This document shows positions 29,582-39,206 of a stretch of DNA of 64,000 nt, piece by piece (position 1 is the stretch's first letter; each line of letters opens with the position of its first letter). This DNA is from Nitrosopumilus sp. (GTDB taxonomy: Archaea; Thermoproteota; Nitrososphaeria; Nitrososphaerales; Nitrosopumilaceae): contig OZ245003.1 in the NCBI GenBank assembly GCA_965223425.1, forward strand, positions 64,001-128,000. Direction: 5' to 3'. The notes under the pieces are model-generated. The model saw only the letters and a list, made by a program, of their open reading frames with translations. It made no database searches and was not told the origin of the DNA. A program made the translations under genes and the position numbers.

Positions 29582-30936
29582 TCAGTAGTTCCCAGATGTA
29601 GACTTGTGCCCAGATGCAGGTTTGTGCCCAGATGCCGGTGCGTTACCGCATAACTGCAATGCAAAGATCCAGATTAGGCTATGGTGTGCAAGATGTCATG
29701 AGCAATCAAACACACGACGATCTGATCGCACACCAGTACAACATAACGTCAAACCGGTTTAAAATCCTGCGCTCGTCGTTTCAAAAGCTTGGCATGCCAA
29801 TGTCTGAGAGGCACAACGCCGTATACGGATGCAACGACATACTGGACGTGCCAATCAGGGCGTCTGAGAGAAACACGTTTGTAGAATCCCTCGTACGGCG
29901 CAGCAGGCTTCAAGACACGGGTGCACGTACGCCTGGCGCAGACCTGGTCATGTCTGCAGTCCGTGGCGTCGAACCGGCAGACGTGCAGGCCTGGTGTGCA
30001 AGGACGCTGGCACGCACGGTGCGGCACGCCCGCCATACAGGAATGCTGCAGGACATCGACGCCATTGCAATAGACGTTACGGACATACCATACCATGGGG
30101 AGCAGCTGCAGGAGCATACAAGAAAGTCGCGTCCAAGGGCAGGAACATCCACGTTTCTCTCGTATGTCGCAGTGCACGGAGTCGGCAGGGACTCCTCGCA
30201 GGTTGTCCTGGAATCGAAGCTGCTGCCGGCAAAGGAAAAACTGGCCGATTTTATAGCCAAAACACGCACGAAAATCCTCAGAGGGGGGGCGCACACTCAA
30301 AGACTGTGTTCCTGTACGACCGCGCCTTTTACAGCGTTGACTGCATGACAGAGGCAGGAAAGGGCGGGTGCCGCTACATCATGCCTGTCATCATGAACTC
30401 CAAGATCAAGAGGATAGTCAAGATGTACGAGAATGGAAAGGCAAGCCAGGTATCGCAGCAGTCAATGACCAACAAAGACGGCGTAACTGTGACCTACAAC
30501 CTTGTAATTGTCAAAAGAGACAGGAAGGAGAAGGAGGAGGAGGAGCAATACATTGCGTTTGCAACAAACATTCCCATCAGGAGCGCCAGAGCCATGACAG
30601 ACATCATACCGGAGCAGTACCGCAAGAGATGGGGCATCGAGACGGGGTTTCGCGTCATAAAGGAAATCATGGGCAGGACATGCAGCAACTCCCTGTCTGT
30701 GAGGCTGCTGATGTTTTACCTGCCGCTGCTGTTGCTGTACAACCTGTGGAGGATTGCCAGGTTCTGCCTTGATGCAGGAAAGAGGCACGGAAGAGCGTCT
30801 TCTGCGGGAAAAAAACTCACCATGGCGTTGTTTATCGTGTACATTACAAGCAGAAACGAGTTGTTTGTCAATGATCGAGGCAAGTAGAACCGATGCCAGT
30901 TGCGGTTGCGGTAAATCTACATCTGGGAACTACTGA
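29582..30936 (+). mobile_element. ISH3/IS4-type element, transposase frameshifted at G-run ~30283
   Basis: TIR TCAGTAGTTCCCAGATGTAGA at both ends; 4-bp TSD CATG; AIDVTD, YDRAFY, YRKRWGIETGFR motifs. Confidence 0.9.
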
Positions 30937-31618
30937 CATGGAGCCTGCCATAAAATCTGCGCTGTCACTGCCTGACAAAAAGCTTGCAGAGACCAGACAG
31001 ATATCAGACATTCGGGAGCTGGCATGCGCCTTTCCTGGGCTGCACGCAATCATTGACGCATCAGAGCAGCAGATTCAAAGGCCCAAGAACAAGTCCATGA
31101 GAAAAACACACTATTCGGGCAAAAAGAAGACGCATACGGTCAAGACACAGTACGTTGTAAACGCAGACGGCATGATTATGCACAGGACGCCGCACTCGCC
31201 TGGAAGCAGGCATGACTATTCTGTCTTCAAGTCAAAGTGCCCAAAACTTTCAAGAGATCTGAAAATCCTTGTGGATCTTGGATATCAGGGGATACGGAAG
31301 GACTATCCGGAGCTTGACGTGTTGATCCCGTACAAGAAGCCAAGGGGCGGCAAGCTTGATGATGCGCAGAAGGAATTCAACCGGGAGCTGTCCAGAGCAA
31401 GGGTACTGGTGGAGCATGTCATCTCAAGGATCAAGAAATTCGGCATAATGAGGGACAAGTTTAGGAACAGACTGTGCAGGTATGACTGCATCAATGCCAT
31501 AATCTGCGGCCTGATCAACTACAAGCTGAAGACGCGCGATTTTGTTGTGATACCATGACGTAACAAGGAATCAGTTTGGTGAAACGTCAGGTTTTGTTAG
31601 TAATTACAGATCAGGTCT
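30937..31618 (+). pseudogene. IS5-family (DDE_Tnp_4) transposase lacking N-terminal HTH, interrupted by the ISH3 element
   Basis: IIDASEQ, YSGKKKTH, VDLGYQG, RVLVEHVISRIK; right end ...TCAGGTCT; possible left end AGAACTGGTC at 29541. Confidence 0.8.
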
Positions 31619-31657
31619 ACTATTAGTACCAGCAAAATGGAAAAATCGTTTCTTTAT

Positions 31658-31921
31658 TCAATTTTGATCTGATGGATGAATATCATTTGTTGGTAAATTA
31701 ATGTAAACTGATTTAAAGAAAACAAATCTTAATTTTATGGGTTTAAAAATAGTTTTTAAAACATCTTCTAAAAAGCCATTATTTGTTTTAGGTATCCATA
31801 CTTCTTCTTTTGTTAACGTATGTTTACAAAATATAGTAGATCCGCCATCAGGATCACGTACATTAAATCCCAAAATTTTTAATGCTCGTGATGTGTCCTT
31901 CGCATTGTATCTTTGATCCAA
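31658..31921 (-). CDS. HicA-like toxin
   Basis: RALKILGF...GGST...KH...VWIP...VLKTIF pattern; lies downstream of the HicB-like gene. Confidence 0.6.
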   Translation of the reverse strand: MDQRYNAKDTSRALKILGFNVRDPDGGSTIFCKHTLTKEEVWIPKTNNGFLEDVLKTIFKPIKLRFVFFKSVYINLPTNDIHPSDQN

Positions 31922-31927
31922 GTTTTA

Positions 31928-32143
31928 TCACTTCAATTGCATTTCTTTCATTGGTGTGTTAAAAATCTCATCACGTTTTTCTGGATAAATTTCTAAATAT
32001 TCTCGTATTGATTGTATCAAGTTATTTCCTGCTTCTTCCTCTGTTGTTCCAAATGCTGTTACTTTGTCATTCGTACTACATCGTGAAACATAGCCTTCTT
32101 CAACTTTATCTAATGTATAGGTAACAATCAACTTATCCTTCAT
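31928..32143 (-). CDS. HicB-like antitoxin (short, no DNA-binding domain)
   Basis: EEGYVSRC...TAFGTTEEEAGNNLIQSIREYL. Confidence 0.75.
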   Translation of the reverse strand: MKDKLIVTYTLDKVEEGYVSRCSTNDKVTAFGTTEEEAGNNLIQSIREYLEIYPEKRDEIFNTPMKEMQLK

Positions 32144-32246
32144 GTTTAAATTTACTATTAGGGGTAATTATTAATCTTTACTAAGAAATTCAGATCTAAA
32201 AGTGAAATCCTATTGAGTAACAATGATCTCTTTACCACGGATAATA

Positions 32247-32346
32247 GTAACAGTTCGGATTTATGAAGCGTTGTGCCTGAATTGATCGTAAAATCCGTAA
32301 TTCTGACGTATTTTACACACCCGACTCCACAAATCCGAACTGTTAC
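32247..32346. mobile_element. 100-bp IS66-type MITE
   Basis: Perfect 16-bp TIR GTAACAGTTCGGATTT; 8-bp flanks GGATAATA / GAATAATA. Confidence 0.8.
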
Positions 32347-32530
32347 GAATAATAAATTTTAATTTTTTAGGGTTACGTAGTTTTTCTACTATTGGTTTTG
32401 GGACTATACAGATTGCGCCTCTTGACTCACCAAGATTCAAACTTACTGTAAATTCTACCTCATCTTTTTTCTATCTTGTCAATTCCTTCAGTGTTTTTGA
32501 TATCTATATTAACCTTAAGGATAATAGATG

Positions 32531-33983
32531 GTAAGAGGCTAGGTCTCTAGTACAGTCTCAGTATCTCTTCTTGAATGCTGGTGCCCCTTTTCTGCCATGT
32601 CAGCAAGCAGCTCACAAGTATGCCAAATACCTTCATGCCTGCTTCGGTGACAAGACGCTGTCTAATCTTGCGCGATATGACGACCCGGCGAAGCATCCTT
32701 TCTGATTCGTTGTTTGTGGGATCCATTCCGGGATGCTTTAGAAACGTAAACAGGTTTGGTGTGGCCTTTTCCAGCTTGTCTCCGAACTTGCAGTCCGGAC
32801 AGCCCTTGTACGAATCCGCAATTGCCGTGCAGGAGATCACAAACGAGTCATAATGCGTGTGCGCGTCAGGCCGCAGCGCAACCTGCTTTGCATCGTGGTA
32901 TAGCAAACGCAGTTTCTCATACAGCATGGTTTTTGGTTCATCATCACCATCACCATCATCCTGTTCAAATTCGGCATCACACAGTATGTGCGACCGGCAC
33001 CGTTGAATTGTTCTGAAACTGTTGTATGCCGCATAACCGTCGACTGTCACGGGAATATCCCAGTGAGGAAAGTGAAGATCCAGTACGGCAGCGGCCCTGC
33101 TTCTGTCCACATGAATCAGTACCGCATCATCACCGATGCATACCCAGACATATCCCAGTTTGTCGTATATTGTATATGACGTCTCATCAAGTTTCAGGTA
33201 TTTTGATCTGCCAATATTTTCTTTCCATGACTCTACCTCTGACTCCAACGCTCCTCCTAATGCAAACAGCGCGTTTTGTATTGTTTTTTTGCAGATTGAC
33301 GTGTCATACAGGCTTGCTGCCTCCCTGATTGAGTTCAGGCTGCAGCCTTGTTTATACATCGACATGATTATTGTCATGAGGTTCTTGCCAATCGATGTTC
33401 CGTCTATTCCGACCCGGGGCGTTGTGACATGTCCGCACCTGCAGGTGCAGTGCTGTATGACGTTGTTTGTAGATACGGTCCTTGGAATCTCCGGAATGTC
33501 GACTGTCATCTTTGTCGTGGTCTTTGTAACTGTAATGCCTTTGCTGCCGCACTTTGCGCATTTTTTTGGCCTGTGCACCGTTGTGTGACAAGGCCTTCTC
33601 TTGTGGGATGCGCCGACGTGGCCTGCCCTTGCTCCGCCCTTGTTTGGAGGGGAGGAACCGCCTTTTGCACGGTCTGCCTTTTTTCGGCGCGTGGGAATGG
33701 AGTTTGCCGACGGCGGTGAGTGCGGATTCTCGTAGAACGCTACGCGCCTCTTTAGTTCCGCTATTGTCAAATCCTTCTCGGCTTCCCTTGCCTGTAATTT
33801 TTTTACATCGCCTGCCAACTGGCTGACAATCTTTCGCAAGCTGTCGTTTTCAGCAAATGATTTTGCCAGAGCATCCCGTAATATCTTGATCTCCGAGTCA
33901 CTCATTAGACAGAATCAGGGATCATCGAATTTGGATCAGTATGATCTAGAATGTTTGAGTTCGTGACTAACCTAGCCTCTTAC
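32531..33983 (-). mobile_element. IS66-family element with a single ORF
   Basis: TIR GTAAGAGGCTAGGT / ACCTAGCCTCTTAC; no matching TSD. Confidence 0.9.
32547..33905 (-). CDS. IS66 transposase (TnpC-like)
   Basis: Leucine zipper, Zn finger, LDETS, VDGYAAY, QRC.SH, PTNNESERMLR. Confidence 0.92.
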   Translation of the reverse strand: MSDSEIKILRDALAKSFAENDSLRKIVSQLAGDVKKLQAREAEKDLTIAELKRRVAFYENPHSPPSANSIPTRRKKADRAKGGSSPPNKGGARAGHVGASHKRRPCHTTVHRPKKCAKCGSKGITVTKTTTKMTVDIPEIPRTVSTNNVIQHCTCRCGHVTTPRVGIDGTSIGKNLMTIIMSMYKQGCSLNSIREAASLYDTSICKKTIQNALFALGGALESEVESWKENIGRSKYLKLDETSYTIYDKLGYVWVCIGDDAVLIHVDRSRAAAVLDLHFPHWDIPVTVDGYAAYNSFRTIQRCRSHILCDAEFEQDDGDGDDEPKTMLYEKLRLLYHDAKQVALRPDAHTHYDSFVISCTAIADSYKGCPDCKFGDKLEKATPNLFTFLKHPGMDPTNNESERMLRRVVISRKIRQRLVTEAGMKVFGILVSCLLTWQKRGTSIQEEILRLY

Positions 33984-34238
33984 CATGCAGCAACTCCCTG
34001 TCTGTGAGGCTGCTGATGTTTTACCTGCCGCTGCTGCTGTACAACCTGTGGAGGATTGCCAGGTTCTGCCTTGATGCGGGAAAGAGGCATGGAAGAGTGT
34101 CTTCTGCGGGAAAAAAACTCACCATGGCGCTGTTTATCGTGTACATTACAAGCAGAAACGAGTTGTTTGTCAATGATCGAGGCAAGTAGAACCGATGCCA
34201 GTTGCGGTTGCGGTAAATCTACATCTGGGAACTACTGA
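33984..34238 (+). pseudogene. 3' fragment of a second ISH3 copy
   Basis: Near-identical to 30679-30936 including the right TIR. Confidence 0.9.
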
Positions 34239-34315
34239 TGTGGCTGAAATGTCGGTTATTATGAAAAATTATTCTGGTCAATTAGGGATATAAGGAACTT
34301 TTTGATGGAATCAAC

Positions 34316-34468
34316 ATGGCAAAATACGATGGTCTGTTAGGACAGCCAATACTTGAGGTGGAAGAACCTGATAAAGAAGGCGGAATTACCTTTATTTTCA
34401 AAGATAACAGGTTTATGTTCATAAAAGCAGTTGACGGAAAGATTGAGACCGTATCAATTCCAGAATAG
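34316..34468 (+). CDS. 50-aa small protein (paralog of next gene)
   Basis: Read manually: MAKYDGLLGQPILEVEEPDKEGGITFIFKDNRFMFIKAVDGKIETVSIPE. Confidence 0.7.
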   Translation: MAKYDGLLGQPILEVEEPDKEGGITFIFKDNRFMFIKAVDGKIETVSIPE

Positions 34469-34474
34469 GCGAAC

Positions 34475-34624
34475 ATGATGGAAAAATTCGATCCAATCAA
34501 AATGCTTGAACTTGTAAAGGTAGAAGATCCTGATTCTGAAGGCGGACTAACATTGCTCTTTCAAGAAAATAAAACTTTGAAGATCAAGGTTGTTGATGGA
34601 AAACTAGTGTCAGAATTAACCTAG
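34475..34624 (+). CDS. 49-aa small protein (paralog of previous gene)
   Basis: Read manually: MMEKFDPIKMLELVKVEDPDSEGGLTLLFQENKTLKIKVVDGKLVSELT. Confidence 0.7.
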   Translation: MMEKFDPIKMLELVKVEDPDSEGGLTLLFQENKTLKIKVVDGKLVSELT

Positions 34625-34625
34625 A

Positions 34626-35120
34626 CTAATTCCTTACATGTTTTTCATAAAAGCCGATAGCTAACTCTTGTACTTTAGATTGAATAGAGCCAGGTCTTTC
34701 ATCTCTAATTTTTTTGATTGCTTCATCTGTTGAAAATTTTTTATATTTTACAAAGTAACAGGCAAGAATTGTTCCTGCTCTTCCCATTCCAGCAGCACAG
34801 TGAACCATCACGGACTGATCATTTTTGATTTGCTCATGAATGAAATCTACTGCTGAATCTATCTCATCCATGTCAGGAGCAGTAAGATCAGGGGTTGGCA
34901 CATGTAAATAATCAATATTTTTTGTCCAATTATCTGGGAGAGCATTTTCAGTCATAGTTACAATGGATTTTACTCCTTGATCAAGAATCCAATTAAATTC
35001 ATCAAAACTTGTTGGCATTCCAGAACCAGCTAGCTTTTTGTCAATTAGCCAAGAGAAGTTAGTTGGTTTTTTTGTTATTTTCCCATGGACTTTTCTCCAG
35101 ATATTTCCAGGTTTGCTCAT
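34626..35120 (-). CDS. Dual-specificity protein phosphatase
   Basis: VHCAAGMGRAGT (CX5R). Confidence 0.93.
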   Translation of the reverse strand: MSKPGNIWRKVHGKITKKPTNFSWLIDKKLAGSGMPTSFDEFNWILDQGVKSIVTMTENALPDNWTKNIDYLHVPTPDLTAPDMDEIDSAVDFIHEQIKNDQSVMVHCAAGMGRAGTILACYFVKYKKFSTDEAIKKIRDERPGSIQSKVQELAIGFYEKHVRN

Positions 35121-35174
35121 GTTAGATGTCAGTATTTTCTATAGTTTTAGCATTACGGAGTTGATATGGGTAAA

Positions 35175-35816
35175 TTATAATGCAATTGCTCTTACAGGAG
35201 AGCCTGTAGCATCTTTTAGCTTTAGTGGGAGAATTGTAAAACTAAGCTCTGTTGATGAAATTTTGTTCAGGTTTGCTAAATTTTCTACAATCAAAATATT
35301 ATTTTTTGATAAAATGTGATGGACGCTAAATGATTCATCTTTTCCGATATCAATACTTGGAGAGTCTATTCCAACTAGATTGATTTTTTTTAATGCAAGG
35401 TATTTAGCTGCAGAGACATTCAATCCGGGATTTTCTGTAAAATAATTATCTTTTTTCAAATTTTTTTGCCATCCAGTAAAGAAGAAAACGGAAGAACGGT
35501 TAGGAATTTTTCCATTCTTTTTTTCAAATAGAATAATGTCTGACTTGGTAATGGCTGTATTCTTAGTTTTTTTGAGTTTGATTATTGTGGCTTTTCTTAC
35601 GAGTCTATCAAGTGGAATTTGATCGATTTTAAGACCATTTTTAACAAAATGATAGGGCGCATCAAGATGAGTTCCAGTATGTGAACTCAAGAATAATAAT
35701 TCAAGATTATATCCATCTTTTTTGATATCAGACCACAGAATGAATTGGGGTTTTGGAGAGCCGGGGAAGGTTGGAATGGATTCGGACAGTGTAAGGGTTA
35801 GATCAATTGGTTTCAC
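35175..35816 (-). CDS. Cyclase family metal-dependent hydrolase (kynurenine formamidase-like)
   Basis: HTGTHLDAPYHF, VGIDSPS, IVENL, GSPVRA. Confidence 0.93.
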   Translation of the reverse strand: MKPIDLTLTLSESIPTFPGSPKPQFILWSDIKKDGYNLELLFLSSHTGTHLDAPYHFVKNGLKIDQIPLDRLVRKATIIKLKKTKNTAITKSDIILFEKKNGKIPNRSSVFFFTGWQKNLKKDNYFTENPGLNVSAAKYLALKKINLVGIDSPSIDIGKDESFSVHHILSKNNILIVENLANLNKISSTELSFTILPLKLKDATGSPVRAIAL

Positions 35817-35856
35817 ATCAATAGATTATGGTGGTGATTAATCAGTTTTTGAACAG

Positions 35857-36350
35857 TAGTTGGGATTGTACATTTTGGATAGTCCAAACTGATCACTTTA
35901 AGAACAAAACACGATCAATCAGATCCAAATACAAGGCATATTCACCCACCTTGGCTTGTACGGAAAAGATGGGCAAACACACCAACAGAAGGAAGATATC
36001 AAGGGGTTTAAAATCTTCCAGTCCGCACTGCAGCGCCTGAATCTTGCCTTTGGCACAAGACACAACAGACTGCTGTACTGCCTCAAGGATGCAGCGCACG
36101 TGATCTTGGTTTGCCCGGTATCAGCATGCCGTCTGGCAGCTGGTTGCTCAGAAAACTGCGCCTCATAAACTCTAAATGAACACCTGTTTGAAAACGGTGA
36201 AAACATCCTAAGATTCAACAGTGTAATAACAGGTTCATTGGTTAGTTGACGGATGATTTCCAACTTTTCAAACAATTGTTTAGTTTCAGGCGATAAAACC
36301 AGTTTGAAAATTTGGTGTAAAGTTTAGAGTGATCCTTGTATGTCCAACTG
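35857..36350 (+). mobile_element. Non-autonomous IS630-related remnant
   Basis: Left end TAGTTGGGATTGTAC identical to 1542-1556; right end ...TCCAACTG; GC-richer interior without a full ORF. Confidence 0.55.
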
Positions 36351-36364
36351 TAAGAGACTAGACA

Positions 36365-36645
36365 TTGGCTGGAGCAATAATTTGTTGGTGTGGACATCAT
36401 GCCAAATACCACAGCACACAAATTCCAAATAGATGTTCCAAGCGCGATAAATGCCAGTATTTCAATCCCATATCACGAAGTTTAAAGTCAAGGAAAAAAT
36501 ACAACGGTATAATGAAGGCAAGATTCAACGGAACATGCAAGGTATGCAATTTGGAGATAAAGGCAACAAAACAGAGATTACAAAAGACGACAACGGCAAC
36601 TGGATTCATGCAAGCTGTTCTGATACCAAAGATGAGATTCCATAG
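36365..36645 (+). pseudogene. Small zinc-finger protein(s), frameshifted
   Basis: CWCGHH...C...C and MKARFNGTCKVC.../TEITKDDNGNWIHASC across a frameshift near 36565. Confidence 0.5.
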
Positions 36646-36651
36646 CATAAA

Positions 36652-36873
36652 ATGAGAGAATACCTCAACTCCAGGGAGAGATGCATGGTTTGTTTCAAAC
36701 CTCCCGAAAAAGACTATGAGTTAATAGTTCATCACGTGAGTTATTTTCCAGAGATATGTTGCTTTGTTCATTATTTGTGTCACAAAAAAATTCACGATAT
36801 TGACAACCCAATACGTGCCTTGATTCAATACAAGGATGGTGATTCCAGAGAATTTTATAAAAAAAATCCTTGA
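36652..36873 (+). CDS. Small HNH-like protein
   Basis: CMVC...IVHHVSY...HYLCHKKIH. Confidence 0.65.
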   Translation: MREYLNSRERCMVCFKPPEKDYELIVHHVSYFPEICCFVHYLCHKKIHDIDNPIRALIQYKDGDSREFYKKNP

Positions 36874-36975
36874 ATTACATTATGGAAAAAATAATCTTAT
36901 TACTACAGACCAGGTTAGATTTTGAATTTGAGTCACTCTTATCATCATCTAATTTCCTTGATCGGGGCACATAAG

Positions 36976-37074
36976 AGACCTTATGCGCAATCGACTAAAA
37001 ATTCAAAATCAAATTGGTTTGCTAAGGCAAGAATCATCTAGCAATATTAGTTTGATCGATTACGCATAAGGTCT
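36976..37074. mobile_element. 99-bp IS5-type MITE, copy 1
   Basis: TIR AGACCTTATGCG(C/T)AATCGA; 3-bp TSD AAG; near-identical copy at 43916-44014. Confidence 0.92.
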
Positions 37075-37219
37075 AAGATTACTTTTCAAGACTTCAAGAG
37101 ATTAGCTTGGGCCAACAGCTATCTTTACCATTAGACAACCAGCCAAGCCCTGAGGTTTCAAAATATTGTTTGTCTCTCTCCAAGTGTTCTTTTGAATCCA
37201 ACCAGTAGGAGTTACCTTG

Positions 37220-37460
37220 ACAAAACCGAAATTAGAAATAATAAAAGCCTTAGGAATGAGCAAACAAACATTCTACAGGTGTTTTGAAGATCTAGGAAAA
37301 TACGAATTAGTAACACCAAATAGGAAAAGCAAAGCTCTACAAAATTAATCAAGAAAATCCAATGGTAGAAATGATTATTGATTTTGGAAAAAACATGTCA
37401 GAGATGCAGATTGCAGAACGTGAAGCAGTGGAGATGGCAAAAGTAGTTCCTGCAAAATAG
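37220..37460 (+). pseudogene. Winged-helix regulator remnant
   Basis: EIIKALGMSKQTFYRCFEDL.KYELV...KLYKINQENPMVEMI with frameshift and lost 5' end. Confidence 0.55.
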
Positions 37461-37493
37461 ATCTATTAATCGAATTTTTATTCATAACAAAAA

Positions 37494-37740
37494 AGCTGAC
37501 AGGCGAGGATCACTTGCTCTCATCAAAGTGTCAGCTATTAGTCAACGGAACCGGTGAGTTAACGGGAGCTGATTTCTCGTAGAAAGCGTTGTGAGATGGG
37601 CTTGTAAAGTTGCCGATCAAAGTTTGGTTTAGAATTGTTGGTTTTTAATGTCTCAAAGTTTGAGTTTTGAGTAAAACCGGGTCTCGGCTCTTAACAGTGA
37701 GAAAAGTTCATCGTAGGTCTGGATTGCTTAACAGAACCGA
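37494..37740. ncRNA. Candidate structured RNA (unassigned)
   Basis: ORF-free and GC-elevated; stems AGCTGACA/TGTCAGCT, GAACCGGT/ACCGGGTC, TCGGCTCT/AGAACCGA. Confidence 0.35.
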
Positions 37741-37779
37741 ACTATGAAAGGTTAAATACTCTTTGATGAAAAATTTCGT

Positions 37780-38037
37780 GTGCCAACTGCATACGTTTTA
37801 CTGAATTCTGATTTAGGATCAGATGAATCAATCATTAATGAGGTAAAACAGATTCTTGCTGATGAAGATGTTACATCTGAGGTTCGAGGGGTTTACGGGG
37901 TATATGATATTGTCTTAAAATTATCTTCTAATGATGCAGAAAAATTACGGGCAATTATTACCAACAAAATTAGAAAAATCAGCAAGGTTCAATCTACATT
38001 GACTATGATGGTAATCGAGGAACAAGAAAACCTATAA
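37780..38037 (+). CDS. Stand-alone Lrp/AsnC ligand-binding domain protein
   Basis: AYVLLN, GVYGVYDIVLK, KVQSTLTMMV. Confidence 0.9.
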   Translation: MPTAYVLLNSDLGSDESIINEVKQILADEDVTSEVRGVYGVYDIVLKLSSNDAEKLRAIITNKIRKISKVQSTLTMMVIEEQENL

Positions 38038-39183
38038 TTTTTTTAACGCATTAATTACTTGAAGTATTTCTGATTCTGTATTAAAAAAGTGGGGGGACGC
38101 TCGTATAATTTTTTGCTCCATAATTTCTCTTACTGCTAGAACAATACCCTGTTTTTCAAGTTTATCCACTGTTTCTTGCGAATCAGACCCTTTGATGTTA
38201 AAAGAGACAATGCTTGTTCTGTCATTTGGATTCTCTGGTCCGTATAATATGACATTTGGAATTTTTGATAATTCATCTCGGAAAAGATTTGATAAATATT
38301 GGTTTTTCTTATGAATGTTTTTCATACCAAACTTTTGCAAGTACTGCATGGATGATGCCAATCCAACAATTCCGACATAGTTTCTAAAGCCGGTTTGGAA
38401 TTTATCAGGCAGTTCCTTGAAAGCAAGATTCGTATCATCATAAAGAATTGCAGATTCGCCGCCAATTGTAATTGGATCTAATAATTCACTTGACTTTCCA
38501 TCACAATAAAATAAACCAGTTCCCATTGGACCGCAAAGCCATTTGGAGCCATTAAATGACATGAAATTACATTTAATCTTGGAGACATCAATGTCACCTA
38601 TACAGCCTACAGTTTGTGCGCTATCAATAAAGAATGGTACTCTGTCTTGAAGAATACTTCCAATTTTTTCTACGGGCAGTATTGAACCTGTATTGTATAG
38701 TGCATGGCTTAGTGATACTAGTTTGGTATTAGCATCAATGTGGGATTCTAGATCATCTAATTTGAAAAAACCATTTTTATCTATGGGTAAATTTTTTATT
38801 GAAATTTTTTCTTTCAGTTTAATCCAAGGATAGAAATTTGAATGGTGTTCATGTGCCATTCCACGGATTATTATGTTGGAATTGGCATCAAACGAGAGGC
38901 CATTTGCTACAATATTGATCCCATCAGTTGTGCTTTGAGTTAGGATAACTTCATCAGGTTGACAGGAGATAGTTTCTGAAACAATTTTTCTTGCGTTTCG
39001 TAGCTTTTCAGTTACAAACGAATCAGAATCCTTAGAATCAGGACCGATAGAATTGTACGAAATCAGAAATTCTTTCATGGCTTCAATACTTTGAGAAGGC
39101 ATCAGAGATACTGACGCACTGTTTAGGTAGATTTTATCTGAACCAGGAAAATCATCTGAGATATCTTTGGATGCTAAATTCAT
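38032..39183 (-). CDS. Class V aminotransferase / cysteine desulfurase-like
   Basis: YLNSAS, EHHSN, DSAQ, KWLCGPMGTG, IRASPHFFN. Confidence 0.9.
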   Translation of the reverse strand: MNLASKDISDDFPGSDKIYLNSASVSLMPSQSIEAMKEFLISYNSIGPDSKDSDSFVTEKLRNARKIVSETISCQPDEVILTQSTTDGINIVANGLSFDANSNIIIRGMAHEHHSNFYPWIKLKEKISIKNLPIDKNGFFKLDDLESHIDANTKLVSLSHALYNTGSILPVEKIGSILQDRVPFFIDSAQTVGCIGDIDVSKIKCNFMSFNGSKWLCGPMGTGLFYCDGKSSELLDPITIGGESAILYDDTNLAFKELPDKFQTGFRNYVGIVGLASSMQYLQKFGMKNIHKKNQYLSNLFRDELSKIPNVILYGPENPNDRTSIVSFNIKGSDSQETVDKLEKQGIVLAVREIMEQKIIRASPHFFNTESEILQVINALKKL

Positions 39184-39206
39184 TATTATATCTGTAAAAT
39201 GCTAAA

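Noticed and set aside
37544-37575. Cobalamin riboswitch (GGAACCGGTGA...CGGGAGCTG)
   Set aside because: The P4 stem does not pair fully, and no CCCGCAACTGT or B12-box was found
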